DNA from: an uncultured Dehalococcoidia bacterium
GTDB taxonomy: Bacteria; Chloroflexota; Dehalococcoidia; SM23-28-2; RBG-16-64-32
DNA: 64,000 nucleotides
Reading direction: 5' to 3'
Assembly: GCA_964558415.1 (NCBI GenBank)
Contig: CAZLDI010000003.1
Location: forward strand, 136,627-200,626
The translations under genes were made by a program, and so were the position numbers. This document shows, one piece after another, positions 27,014-36,620 of this stretch (positions within the stretch are counted from its first letter, which is position 1; the number at the start of each line of letters is the position of its first letter). The notes under the pieces are model-generated. The model had not been told where the DNA came from. It saw nothing but the letters and a program-made list of their open reading frames with translations, and ran no database searches.

Positions 27014-28107
27014 GCATCGTCGTCGTCGGCGGTGGGATCATCGGCTGCTCGATCGCGTACCACCTTGCGAAGGAAGGCGCGGACGTCATCCTGGTGGAGC
27101 GCAGCGAGATCGCGGGCGAGGCGTCCGGCGCAGCTGCGGGATTGCTGATACTCCCTGACCGCGCGGGGCCTGCGGGCCCGTTCCGCGATCTCTGCGTCGC
27201 GAGCCTGGCGGCGTATCCTGGGCTCATTGAGCGCGCGCAGGAGGAGTCCGGCGTTGATGTCCGCTGTCTCGTTTCGGGAATGCTCGTCACGGCGCGCTCG
27301 GAGGAGCGGGCCGGGATTCTGCGCGCATACGCGGGTCAGCAGCGGAGGCGAGGCGCCGATGTGACGTGGGTAGACGCATCGACGCTGAGGGAACTGGAGC
27401 CCGCGCTCTCGCCGGGGCTCGTAGGGGCGGCGTACTCAACAGGCGACCTCAACGTCGACCCAGGGCGACTGACGATGGCTATCGCTGGGGCGGCTGAGGC
27501 TGCCGGCGCGTCAGTCCGGGTAGGTACGATGCTCACGGGCTTCATGACGGCGGAAACGAAAGTGCATGCGGTGAGGACCAACGGTGACGTGATCGAGGGC
27601 GTCGATGCGGTTGTGCTTGCCGCCGGTCCCTGGACCGAGAACCTGACACGTCGGCTCGGCCGCTCGTTGCCAACGCCGCCGATGCGCGGTCAGATGATCG
27701 CTTATCGATCGACTGCACTGCGCCACGCTATCTGGGGTGAAGACGGCTACCTGGTACCCAAGACAGGTGGCATCCTCTACGCCGGCGCTACCGTGGAAGA
27801 CGTTGGCTTTCGCAAGCGCACCACGCCGCGGGCGCTCGCCGGACTCCGTGCGATGGCAGCCGGCTTGGTGCCAGCGCTGCGAAAATCCGAGGTCGTGAGC
27901 GAGTGGGCCGGACTGAGGCCGGGATCGCCGGACGGCATGCCGGTTATCGGGCAGGTGTCGGGAATGGCCAATGCGTACGTCGCTACCGGTCATTTTCGAA
28001 ACGGCGTGCTGCTGGCCCCGATTACGGGCTCGCTGGTGGCCCAGATGGTGCTTAAGGGGCGCGTTGACCGATTGCTGAAGGCGTTTAGCCCGGCGCGGTT
28101 CGGCTAA
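27010..28107 (+). CDS. thiO: Glycine oxidase ThiO (FAD-dependent)
   Basis: It has an N-terminal GGGIIGCSIAYHLAKEG FAD motif in a DAO-family protein, with a TTG start. Confidence 0.85.
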   Translation: MSIVVVGGGIIGCSIAYHLAKEGADVILVERSEIAGEASGAAAGLLILPDRAGPAGPFRDLCVASLAAYPGLIERAQEESGVDVRCLVSGMLVTARSEERAGILRAYAGQQRRRGADVTWVDASTLRELEPALSPGLVGAAYSTGDLNVDPGRLTMAIAGAAEAAGASVRVGTMLTGFMTAETKVHAVRTNGDVIEGVDAVVLAAGPWTENLTRRLGRSLPTPPMRGQMIAYRSTALRHAIWGEDGYLVPKTGGILYAGATVEDVGFRKRTTPRALAGLRAMAAGLVPALRKSEVVSEWAGLRPGSPDGMPVIGQVSGMANAYVATGHFRNGVLLAPITGSLVAQMVLKGRVDRLLKAFSPARFG

Positions 28108-28736
28108 GAGAACCGCGCCGCCAGCCGCCCTGCCGCCTCGCATACATCCGGCGCGGCCGCCACCGCCGCGATCACGGCGATCATATCGGCGCCCGCCGCG
28201 ATGACCTGGCCCACGTTAGACTCATCGATGCCGCCGATGGCGCAGACAGGCACTGACACCGCAGCCTTAATGGCGCGCAGGGTATCCAACGAGGCGGGTC
28301 GTGTATCCATCTTGGAGCCGGTCGGGGACAGACGGCCGACCGCGACATAACTGGCGCCGGCGGCCTGCGCTTGCAGCGCCTCAACGGTGTTGTTGGTGGA
28401 GCAACCCACGATCCAGTCCTCCGGTACGAGGCTGCGCACGACCGCCACGGGCAGATCCATGGGCCCTACGTGCACGCCGTCCGCGCCCGCCGCCAGCGCG
28501 AGGTCAGAGTGATCGTTAACAATGAACGGCACGCCCGCCGCCCGGCAGAGATGCGCCAGCGCCTCCGCGACCGGCAGCTGCAAGCCCTTCTCGCGGGTCT
28601 TGTCCCGCAGCTGGATCACGCGTGCGCCGCCCGAGATCGCCTGGCGCGCCACCTCGACCTCAGCGCGTCCTGACATGACTGCGTGATCGATGATCACGTA
28701 GAGTCCGTGCAGCATTTCACGGTGTTTCTGGCTCAT
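28104..28736 (-). CDS. thiE: Thiamine-phosphate synthase ThiE
   Basis: The canonical ThiE blocks [31 protein letters not shown] and CAIGGID are present. Confidence 0.85.
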   Translation of the reverse strand: MSQKHREMLHGLYVIIDHAVMSGRAEVEVARQAISGGARVIQLRDKTREKGLQLPVAEALAHLCRAAGVPFIVNDHSDLALAAGADGVHVGPMDLPVAVVRSLVPEDWIVGCSTNNTVEALQAQAAGASYVAVGRLSPTGSKMDTRPASLDTLRAIKAAVSVPVCAIGGIDESNVGQVIAAGADMIAVIAAVAAAPDVCEAAGRLAARFS

Positions 28737-28759
28737 CGGTACGGACTTACAATACCACC

Positions 28760-29962
28760 ATGGGCGCGCGTGCTACACATCTGCTCCGGCGGTACTGGCT
28801 GGCGACCGTGATAGTGACGTGGTTCCTCCTGATCCTGGGCGTCGTCTGGTCCATCCGAGATACCAGGGTCGGCGTGATGACAGTATTCATGTCCGTCGAC
28901 CTCTTCCTGGACCCTCCCGTGAGCCCGCTGAAACTTCTTGGCGACGATGTAGTGCGCGAAGAGGTCTGGATCGACGCGCCCCTTGGGCGTGGGCGAGTGG
29001 TTGCCGACGTGTACCGGCCGGATGATGGAGAGACGCACGGGGCGATACTCCTGAGCGTCGGGGCAGCGCCCAACATCCGTGAGCACGAGGGCATCATCAG
29101 GTTGAGCACCACCGCCGCGCGTTCGGGCATCGTGGTGATGATCCCGGAGCTGTACTATCCGTTCAGCGAGAACGACCTGCCGGAGAACGTACAGGGTCTG
29201 GTGCACGCGTTTTCTACCAACATCGAAGAGGTCATCGCGTCCTACCGCTGGCTGGAGCAACAGCCGTTCGCGGACCGCGAGCGCGTCGGGCTGTTCGGGG
29301 CGTCGGCCGGAGGGGGGATCGCGTTCGTCGCGGCGGCGGACGCCCGTATTCGCACCGACCTGGACTTCTTCGTGTCGATCGGCACGTACTACGACATGGT
29401 GGACTTGATCAGCGCGATCACTACGGAATCCATCTCGTACAATGGCCGCAGCGAGGAGTGGGAGCCGTGGTTGAAGAGCGTGCGCGTTCTACACCGCTCG
29501 ATCATCTCGTTCCTGCCGGACATACGGGACCAGGAGATCCTGCGCAGGATCTTCCTGGATGAGGAATCGACGGCTCGACAAGATGTCGATCAGCTATCTG
29601 CTCAGGGTCGCGAGGTATACGAGGCGTTCGAAGCGAAGGACCCCGACCGCATTCTGGCGTTCTGGGGAGAGTTATCGCCGCAGGATGTCGGCAGCCTGCG
29701 CGATATCTCCCCGTCGCAGTTCGTGGCGGACGTGCACACCGAGGTGTTCATTCTGACGGACCGCAGCGACCCGTACATCCCTTACGTGGAGTCCCGCCGC
29801 CTGCGCGATGCCGTTTCGGATAATGGGAACCGCATCCACTACGCGGAGTTCGACTTCCTCAACCACGTGGAGCTGACGAGCCCTTCGAACCCGGCATCGT
29901 TCGGCGCGGACTTCCTGAAGCTCGTGTATCACTCGTGGCGCCTGATGCTCCGTCTACAGTAG
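28760..29962 (+). CDS. Membrane-anchored alpha/beta hydrolase
   Basis: It has an N-terminal TM segment and the GASAGGG (GxSxG) nucleophile elbow. Confidence 0.65.
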   Translation: MGARATHLLRRYWLATVIVTWFLLILGVVWSIRDTRVGVMTVFMSVDLFLDPPVSPLKLLGDDVVREEVWIDAPLGRGRVVADVYRPDDGETHGAILLSVGAAPNIREHEGIIRLSTTAARSGIVVMIPELYYPFSENDLPENVQGLVHAFSTNIEEVIASYRWLEQQPFADRERVGLFGASAGGGIAFVAAADARIRTDLDFFVSIGTYYDMVDLISAITTESISYNGRSEEWEPWLKSVRVLHRSIISFLPDIRDQEILRRIFLDEESTARQDVDQLSAQGREVYEAFEAKDPDRILAFWGELSPQDVGSLRDISPSQFVADVHTEVFILTDRSDPYIPYVESRRLRDAVSDNGNRIHYAEFDFLNHVELTSPSNPASFGADFLKLVYHSWRLMLRLQ

Positions 29963-29972
29963 TCTGTGAGCT

Positions 29973-30272
29973 ATGGGCGTGAGCAAGTTCGCGCAGTGGC
30001 TCGTCCCGGTCGGCTGGCTCGTATTGGCCGGCGGTTGGGTGCTGGCCGTCGTCGCCTTCCTTGCGATCGGGACGGAGACGTGCACCACGGTGAACGATGT
30101 GCCGCTCGTCGGGCCGCTTGAGGCCTGCACTGACACGACAGCGTCTGCCGTCATCCTCTTCGTGGTCGTCGGCTTCTCCGCGACACTGGGATCCACGTTC
30201 CTGTGGACGCTGCGCTACGCGCTCAATGTACTGGAACAGATCGAGGCCAATACGCGTCCGAGTCGCAAGTAA
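29973..30272 (+). CDS. Small membrane protein (2-3 TM)
   Basis: It is a 99-aa hydrophobic ORF between two paralogous hydrolase genes. Confidence 0.4.
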   Translation: MGVSKFAQWLVPVGWLVLAGGWVLAVVAFLAIGTETCTTVNDVPLVGPLEACTDTTASAVILFVVVGFSATLGSTFLWTLRYALNVLEQIEANTRPSRK

Positions 30273-30321
30273 CATAGCGGACGGGAACGATGGCACCCAG
30301 GATCAGTATCGTCACGCGACG

Positions 30322-31485
30322 ATGAACCGGCAGTTCGCAGGGGGGCCGCGCTGGAGGAGGGGACTCCTCATCCTTCCGGGCGTAGTGCTGGTCGGCGCAG
30401 CCACGCTCGCGGGCGGTGGGTGGTACTACTCTGAGTCGCTGAAGAACGGCGCACTGGAGCCCGATCACGACCCTCCGGAGCCCGATCTCGAGGTTGTTGC
30501 CGTCGCGGAGGGACGCATCACTCTGCGCGCCACACGCCTCGCCGCCAAGGACGGTGACTGGACCGTGGACGGCGTCTTCGGGCTCGAGTGGCAAGGCGGC
30601 TACAGCCAGGTCGGCGCGATTCTACAGCGGGACGAGACGGATGTCGTCCGCGAACTGCTGCAGTCAGGGGACGTTCCGAACGTGGGAGACCGGGTCAGGC
30701 TGGATACCTTCGCCTACGCCGGAGACCCGCGACAGGCTCGCGGTATCCTGTTCGAGGACATCGCGTTCCCTTCCAAGCTCGGCGACTTGCCCGCCTGGCT
30801 TGTAGAAGGGTCGACCGACACCTGGGCGATATTCGTCCACGGCAAGGGCGCCAGGCGCGAGGAGGCGCTGCGCATGCTCCCGGCGGTCAACGATCTGGGG
30901 GTCTCATCCCTGGTGATCACCTACCGTAACGATCTCGGCGCTCCGCCGAGTGCGGACGGCTTCTACCGGTACGGGCAGACAGAATGGGAGGATCTTCAGG
31001 CGGCGGCGGACTACGCCGTGGAGCACGGCGCGGAGCGCTTGCTGCTTGTCGGCTACAGCATGGGCGGGGGGATCGTCACGAGTTTTCTCCTGCAATCTCC
31101 CCTGGCCGAACGGGTCGCCGGGGTAGTGCTGGACTCGCCGATGCTGGACTTCGCCGCGACGGTGGACCTCGGCGCCCGCCGGCGTGGTCTGCCCGGATTT
31201 GTCACCTCGGTCGGCAGGACGGTCGCCGGGATACGGTTCGACATCGACTGGAGCGAACTCGACTACCTTGAGCGGGCGGACGAGCTAGACTCCCCCGTCC
31301 TCCTGTTCCACGGCGACGAAGACGATCGCGTTCCTGTGGAGACGAGCGACGCCCTCGCGGAGGCGCGGCCGGACATCGTGACGTATATCCGCACCCCTGG
31401 CGTCGGCCACGTCCGCAGCTGGAATGCTGATCCGGATGCCTATTCGGCGGCCGTGAGCGAGTTCCTGGCGGGTGTCATGCGATAG
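30322..31485 (+). CDS. Membrane-anchored alpha/beta hydrolase (paralog of 28760-29962)
   Basis: GYSMGGG (GxSxG) is present. The start is set at MNRQFAGG before the TM segment; the ORF-track upstream extension is rejected. Confidence 0.65.
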   Translation: MNRQFAGGPRWRRGLLILPGVVLVGAATLAGGGWYYSESLKNGALEPDHDPPEPDLEVVAVAEGRITLRATRLAAKDGDWTVDGVFGLEWQGGYSQVGAILQRDETDVVRELLQSGDVPNVGDRVRLDTFAYAGDPRQARGILFEDIAFPSKLGDLPAWLVEGSTDTWAIFVHGKGARREEALRMLPAVNDLGVSSLVITYRNDLGAPPSADGFYRYGQTEWEDLQAAADYAVEHGAERLLLVGYSMGGGIVTSFLLQSPLAERVAGVVLDSPMLDFAATVDLGARRRGLPGFVTSVGRTVAGIRFDIDWSELDYLERADELDSPVLLFHGDEDDRVPVETSDALAEARPDIVTYIRTPGVGHVRSWNADPDAYSAAVSEFLAGVMR

Positions 31486-32380
31486 CGCCTCCCTGGGCCA
31501 GATCTTGCAGGAAGTCCAGCAGGATCCGGTTCAACTCCTCCGGCTTTTCCTGCTGTGTCCAGTGTCCGCAGTCGCGGATTAGCATCTTACGCAGGTTGGG
31601 CACGCGCGTCTCCATCCCTTCCGCCAGCGCCGGGGTGAGCACCGGATCGTTCTCCGCCATCACCATCAGCGATGGTTGCGTGATCAATTTGCCGTCGAGG
31701 TTCGCCGTGAGTCCCCAATTCCGATCCATGTTGCGATAGGAATTCAGCGGGCCGCGCATGCCGCCGGCCGAGAAGGCGTCCACGTACACCTGGAGGTCTT
31801 CGTCGCTCAGGAAATCCGTCTGTGCGGTGATCCCACCGTAGAAGCGGCGGATCGAGCGGGGCAGGTTGCTCTCGAAGAACTGCTCAGCCCGGCCCTCCTC
31901 CTGAAAGAACACTATGTACTGTACACGCGGGCTGTTAGATGCCTTGATCAGCGATATCGGCGGTATCGGCGGTCGTGGTAGCGCGGGCGTGTTGACCCCG
32001 ATCACGCGCTCGAACCGCTTCGGCGCCATAAGCACAGCCGGCCACATGATCAGTCCGCCCCAGTCGTGTCCCGCAACTACCGCTTTCTCTATATCGAGCG
32101 CGTCCATCAGTCCGGTCAGGTCGCCCGCGAGATGCTCGATGTCGTAGGCTTCGATCTCGTGCGGCTTGTCTGTGCCTCCGTAACCGCGCAGGTCCGGCGC
32201 GATGACGCGCAGGCCGACGGCCGCCAGCGCGGGAATCTGGTACCGCCATGAATACCAGAGCTCCGGGAAGCCGTGCAGCAGGATGACCGGGAAGCCCTCA
32301 CCCTGCTCCACGTAGTGGATGCGGATGCCGTTGGCGTTCGCGTGGTGGTGGGTCCAGGTCTCAGCGTTCACCCGTGTCAC
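31475..32380 (-). CDS. Alpha/beta hydrolase, epoxide hydrolase / haloalkane dehalogenase-like
   Basis: HGFPELWYSWR (oxyanion HGxP), GHDWGG and a C-terminal DCGHW triad are present. Confidence 0.8.
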   Translation of the reverse strand: MTRVNAETWTHHHANANGIRIHYVEQGEGFPVILLHGFPELWYSWRYQIPALAAVGLRVIAPDLRGYGGTDKPHEIEAYDIEHLAGDLTGLMDALDIEKAVVAGHDWGGLIMWPAVLMAPKRFERVIGVNTPALPRPPIPPISLIKASNSPRVQYIVFFQEEGRAEQFFESNLPRSIRRFYGGITAQTDFLSDEDLQVYVDAFSAGGMRGPLNSYRNMDRNWGLTANLDGKLITQPSLMVMAENDPVLTPALAEGMETRVPNLRKMLIRDCGHWTQQEKPEELNRILLDFLQDLAQGGAIA

Positions 32381-32775
32381 TTTCTATCCGCCTTGCGAAT
32401 AACGAACTTGGTGGCGGCATGCGTGTCGGAGAAACGAACTACCTTCACGTCCACCAGCCCGGACTCCAGGCCGAGCCGCAGAACGTCGTTCTCGTTGAAG
32501 TCCTTGCGACCCTTGCGGAACACCGCCCACACCGCTCCGTTAGGCTTGATGCTGGCGCGGAGCGCGGGCAGCCGCTTCATTTCGTTCGGGCCTTCGACGC
32601 TGAGGAAGATTGCGTCGCTTTCCGAGAGCGCGTCGCCGATCGAAACGTCCTGCGTGCGCGCACGGAGGTCGGCCATGAATGCTGGATCATCGACGGCGAG
32701 GATGGAGACGCGGGCGCCCGGCTTCACGCCGAGCTTGTCGAGAAGAGAACGGTGTTCGTAGGACTTCTCAGGCAC
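32377..32775 (-). CDS. DUF3052-like hypothetical protein
   Basis: It is a 132-aa conserved hypothetical protein with the actinobacterial DUF3052 pattern (LRLGLESGLVDVKVVRFSD). Confidence 0.45.
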   Translation of the reverse strand: MPEKSYEHRSLLDKLGVKPGARVSILAVDDPAFMADLRARTQDVSIGDALSESDAIFLSVEGPNEMKRLPALRASIKPNGAVWAVFRKGRKDFNENDVLRLGLESGLVDVKVVRFSDTHAATKFVIRKADRK

Positions 32776-32783
32776 TCACGCGC

Positions 32784-33398
32784 CTATCGGCCGCCGGTGA
32801 CGCCGCCCGACGCCGCCAGCATCTCTTCAAGATGCATCTGCCACTCCAGAGCCAGACGGCGCTTCGCCGGGGTGTCCGCAAGCTCCTCGTAGATCGCCTG
32901 TCCCCAACGGATGTGCTCCTCTTCGTCGATCAGGATGAACTTCAGCATCCGCACCGTCGGGGAGTCGCAGACCTGGTCCGTGACCGCGACGTGATGGCGG
33001 TAGTAAACGGCGAGGTGCGGCTTGAGTACGCGATATAGCCCCACCAGCCTCAGCAATTCGTCGTCCTGGTCCTGCATCTCCTGCACGAAGCGAGCGAACT
33101 CGTCGTTGGCCGGGCGGCGGACATCAGCGACTCGCAGAGTGGGCGGGATAGACATATCGACGTTCTCCTGCACGCGCAACTCCGGCAGGCGGCGGCCCAG
33201 GGCGTCCGCATGAAGAGAGTCCTGGTAGGCGTGCTCCGCCAGCGCGATCTTCAGCTTCGGCGCGGCCATCGTCGCCGCCCATCCGGCCTCTGCCTCCATG
33301 CTCGCAATCTCAGCGTACCGATAGCAGATGATGCGGCGCGCACTCTCCTCCACGGAGAACGCGCCCCCCACCTGACGAACGTCTACCGCCAGTTCCAC
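32784..33398 (-). CDS. Ferritin-like / heme-oxygenase-like diiron family protein
   Basis: It is 204 aa with the candidate ligands AEHAYQD and IDEEEHIRW. Confidence 0.4.
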   Translation of the reverse strand: MELAVDVRQVGGAFSVEESARRIICYRYAEIASMEAEAGWAATMAAPKLKIALAEHAYQDSLHADALGRRLPELRVQENVDMSIPPTLRVADVRRPANDEFARFVQEMQDQDDELLRLVGLYRVLKPHLAVYYRHHVAVTDQVCDSPTVRMLKFILIDEEEHIRWGQAIYEELADTPAKRRLALEWQMHLEEMLAASGGVTGGR

Positions 33399-33404
33399 GC
33401 GCGG

Positions 33405-33725
33405 TTAGCCGCTCCCAGCGATCTTCAGCACCTGCGACTCCGCGTATGAGCGGATTCCCAGTCTGAGCTGCCGCCGATCCTTCGCCCAGGCGCGGGCGCG
33501 CACCTTGGCCGCCTCCAGATTGTCCGGCGCCGGTAGGATCTCCGCATTGTGCTCGATGCATTGCATCGGACAGACCTGCGCGCAGATGTCGCAGTCGATG
33601 CAGCCTTCGGGGTCGATCCAGTGCTTGCGATTGGGTTGGTCGAAGTAGTGGATCGTGTCCGTGGGGCACTCGCGGCGACACCACCAGCAGTTGATGCAGC
33701 GGTCCTGGTCGATGACGTAAGCCAT
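33405..33725 (-). CDS. 2[4Fe-4S] ferredoxin
   Basis: It has two CxxCxxCxxxCP clusters (CINCWWCRRECP and CIDCDICAQVCP). Confidence 0.85.
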   Translation of the reverse strand: MAYVIDQDRCINCWWCRRECPTDTIHYFDQPNRKHWIDPEGCIDCDICAQVCPMQCIEHNAEILPAPDNLEAAKVRARAWAKDRRQLRLGIRSYAESQVLKIAGSG

Positions 33726-33783
33726 GATGACACTAACACTCGGCTGGGGACGGACGAGCTGCGTGTCCGTCCCGCGGCCTGGT

Positions 33784-34575
33784 CTAGGGGGTCGCGGTCT
33801 CCTGCATCGACGTGCCGACGAAGGTTCGCGCCATCTGTCGCAGCATCGCTAACTGCTTCTCGAACTCCTCCTGCGCGGCGCGAGCACGCTCCTTACGCCA
33901 CGGTTGCGCCTGCGAAAGCTTCTCCACCCAGTAATCGCCCAGCGCCACGTGCGTGACCTCGTCCGCCATGTTGTAGTCGTGACAGTGTGCGACCAGCTCC
34001 TCCCCCATGTCCTGCGCCAGTTGGCGCGTTTCCTCGAAGGACGTCAGCGCGAATCCCTCCAGCGCCACATTAATGCGCGCGAGGAGAACGGCGGGGTCCA
34101 GGTCCTCCGCTGGTATCTCATCTCCCCGCTGCGGCCCAAGGATGATGTCTGGATACTCGCCGACGAATGAGCCCAGATGCTCCAACAGCTTCATGTTCAA
34201 GAGCGTGTGCCGCGACTCGTCGAACGTCTGGCGGGCGAATCCGAGCGTCATCTGCCAGGGCACGTCATATTCTTCGCTCTCCACGGTGAAGCGCCCGAAG
34301 AAGTCGATGCCGCGAAACTCCGCGCTGAGGATCGACATAATCAGCGGCGCCAGGAATCGGCGGTCCTTGCGCGCCATCTCGCGCAAGATCACGGGGTTGT
34401 AGTTCTGAACCCCGCCGAGCTTTCCCGCGACCTCATTCTGTTCGTCGGGGGTGAGCTCGAAGAAGCTGCGGTAGGGCGGCTCCCTCTTGGCACCGCCGAA
34501 CTCCAAGCGTTGCCGTAGCGGTCTGGCCATGCTGGGCTCCCTTCCGGCGAATCGCCGCTCGCCTTGACGGGTCAT
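33784..34575 (-). CDS. Ferritin-like diiron-carboxylate protein
   Basis: Two ExxH motifs (FDESRHTLL and MADEVTHV) are present, plus conserved glutamates. It is 263 aa. Confidence 0.45.
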   Translation of the reverse strand: MTRQGERRFAGREPSMARPLRQRLEFGGAKREPPYRSFFELTPDEQNEVAGKLGGVQNYNPVILREMARKDRRFLAPLIMSILSAEFRGIDFFGRFTVESEEYDVPWQMTLGFARQTFDESRHTLLNMKLLEHLGSFVGEYPDIILGPQRGDEIPAEDLDPAVLLARINVALEGFALTSFEETRQLAQDMGEELVAHCHDYNMADEVTHVALGDYWVEKLSQAQPWRKERARAAQEEFEKQLAMLRQMARTFVGTSMQETATP

Positions 34576-34669
34576 TCTCCTGGTGCGATATTATACCCTC
34601 ACGCGAACGTTCACGTTAAGTGACGCCAATCACTCCGTCCCCCGATAGATCTGGAACCCGGAGGTCCCC

Positions 34670-35923
34670 ATGAAATTCGGCCTCTTCTACGAGCACCAGC
34701 TACCGAAACCACGCGACCGCGAGCAATGGGACGCCGAAGACGAACATAAGCTCCTCAAGGACGCGCTTGACCAGGTGGAGCTGGCCGATAGCCTGGGCTT
34801 CGATTATGTCTTCGAGGTGGAGCACCACTTCCTGGAGGAGTACTCGCATTCCTCCGCGCCAGAAATATTCCTGGCCGCGGCGAGTCAGCGCACCAAGAAC
34901 ATCCGCCTGGGGCACGGCATCGTCATCATGCCCCCTCGTACCAATCACCCCGCGCGCGTCGCTGAGCGTGTGGCGACGCTGGACCTGGTCTCCGACGGCC
35001 GGGTCGAGTTCGGCACCGGTGAGTCAGCTTCTGAAATGGAACTCGGTGGCTTCGGCGTGGCGCGTGAAGAGAAGAAGATGATGTGGGAGGAGGCGACGCG
35101 CGAGTGCGTGCGTATGATGACCGAGACGCCGTACACCGGCGTCGAGGGCGCGTACTTCGGGATGCCGCCTCGAAACGTCGTCCCCAAGCCGCTGCAGAAG
35201 CCGCACCCCCCGCTCTGGGTGGCGTCGTCGCGGCGAGAGACGACGATGGTAGCGGCCCGCCTGGGGATGGGCTCGCTCGGATTCGCCTTCGAGACGCCCG
35301 AGGAACTCAAGGAGCGCGTCGACCAGTACTACGAGTTGGTACGCGACGAATGCTATCCGATAGGCAAAGCGATCAACCCGGCGCTTGCCGTGCTCTCTGT
35401 GCTGAGCTGTTTCGATGATGACGATGAGGCGATCGCGAAAGGGCAGGAGGGCGCGCAGTTCTTCGCCTACTCCCTCGCCTATTACTACAACCCGTTCACC
35501 GGCGGCAACCACAAGCCCGGAGCGACGAACATCTACCAGAAGTTCATCGACTCGCCGCCGGAGCAGCGCTGGGGGCCGTTTGGCGAAGGCTTCCGCGGCT
35601 TCGGCGGCTTCCAGGGGGCGCCGATCACAGAGGAGCCAAAGGACGAAGTGACCAGGGCCCTGTGGCGCGCGAACCAGCGCGGAGGCTGCATCGGCACGCC
35701 GGAATTCATCAAAGACACGCTGCGCAAGTACGAAGCCGCGCACCTGGACCTGATGATCTTCGTGGCGCAGTGCGGCGCGCGCAAGCACGAGGACATCATG
35801 GACTCCATCTACCGCGCCGGCACGAAGGTGATTCCGGAGTTCAAAGAGCGGCACGAGGACCACCAGCGCTGGCGCGAGCGACAGCTGGAGGGTGTTGGGC
35901 ATCCGGTGAACTCGACCATCTGA
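34670..35923 (+). CDS. LLM-class flavin (F420/FMN)-dependent oxidoreductase, luciferase-like monooxygenase
   Basis: MKFGLFYEHQ...VFEVEHHF is present and the architecture is a TIM-barrel LLM protein. Confidence 0.8.
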   Translation: MKFGLFYEHQLPKPRDREQWDAEDEHKLLKDALDQVELADSLGFDYVFEVEHHFLEEYSHSSAPEIFLAAASQRTKNIRLGHGIVIMPPRTNHPARVAERVATLDLVSDGRVEFGTGESASEMELGGFGVAREEKKMMWEEATRECVRMMTETPYTGVEGAYFGMPPRNVVPKPLQKPHPPLWVASSRRETTMVAARLGMGSLGFAFETPEELKERVDQYYELVRDECYPIGKAINPALAVLSVLSCFDDDDEAIAKGQEGAQFFAYSLAYYYNPFTGGNHKPGATNIYQKFIDSPPEQRWGPFGEGFRGFGGFQGAPITEEPKDEVTRALWRANQRGGCIGTPEFIKDTLRKYEAAHLDLMIFVAQCGARKHEDIMDSIYRAGTKVIPEFKERHEDHQRWRERQLEGVGHPVNSTI

Positions 35924-35956
35924 GCGACCTTCCGAGGGCGGTATACTGATTGTGTC

Positions 35957-36280
35957 ATGGTCATAGACGTGCGCTCACGGTTGGGGGTATCGGACGAGGT
36001 TCTGGCGGCATTCTGTCGGCGCTGGAAAATCTCGGAGCTGGCGCTGTTCGGTTCCGCGCTTCGCGAGGACTTTCGCCCCGACAGTGACATCGATCTGCTC
36101 GTAACCTTTGCGCCGGACGCCAGCTGGAGTCTGCTGGATCATGTCAAGATGGACGAGGACCTAGAAGGGCTGCTTGGCCGACAGGTCGATACTCCGACCA
36201 GGCGATCTGTCGAGATGAGCCCCAACTGGATCCGGCGGAGGGCGATCCTCGAGAGCGCCCGGGTAATTTATGCGGCCTGA
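35957..36280 (+). CDS. mntA: Nucleotidyltransferase antitoxin MntA-like
   Basis: The GS...DSDIDLLV nucleotidyltransferase motif is present in a 107-aa protein. Confidence 0.75.
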   Translation: MVIDVRSRLGVSDEVLAAFCRRWKISELALFGSALREDFRPDSDIDLLVTFAPDASWSLLDHVKMDEDLEGLLGRQVDTPTRRSVEMSPNWIRRRAILESARVIYAA

Positions 36281-36620
36281 TGATGCAAGTCTCCTTGATA
36301 TCGCGGAAGCGGCACGCCTAATAGTGGAATTTCAGCAAGGCTTCGACTACAACGCGTTCGCCCGAGATGACAAAACCCGAGCGGCGGTCCTTCATGAGCT
36401 ACTTATCATCGGCGAGGCGGCGAAGCGCCTGTCTCCTGAGTTTCGTGACGAGCATGGGCAAATCGACTGGCGCTCGATCGCCGGCATGAGAGACAGGCTG
36501 ATTCACCAGTATGACCAGGTAGATTTAGAGGAAGTCTGGAGAGTGGTAACTCGAGACATAGGACTCCTAACTGAGTTTCTTAAGCCGCTGCTACCATCGC
36601 TCCCCAAGGAGCAGGCCTGA
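36270..36620 (+). CDS. hepT: HepT-like (DUF86) RNase toxin
   Basis: The Rx4HxY motif (RDRLIHQY) is present and the gene overlaps mntA by 11 nt. Confidence 0.75.
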   Translation: MRPDDASLLDIAEAARLIVEFQQGFDYNAFARDDKTRAAVLHELLIIGEAAKRLSPEFRDEHGQIDWRSIAGMRDRLIHQYDQVDLEEVWRVVTRDIGLLTEFLKPLLPSLPKEQA

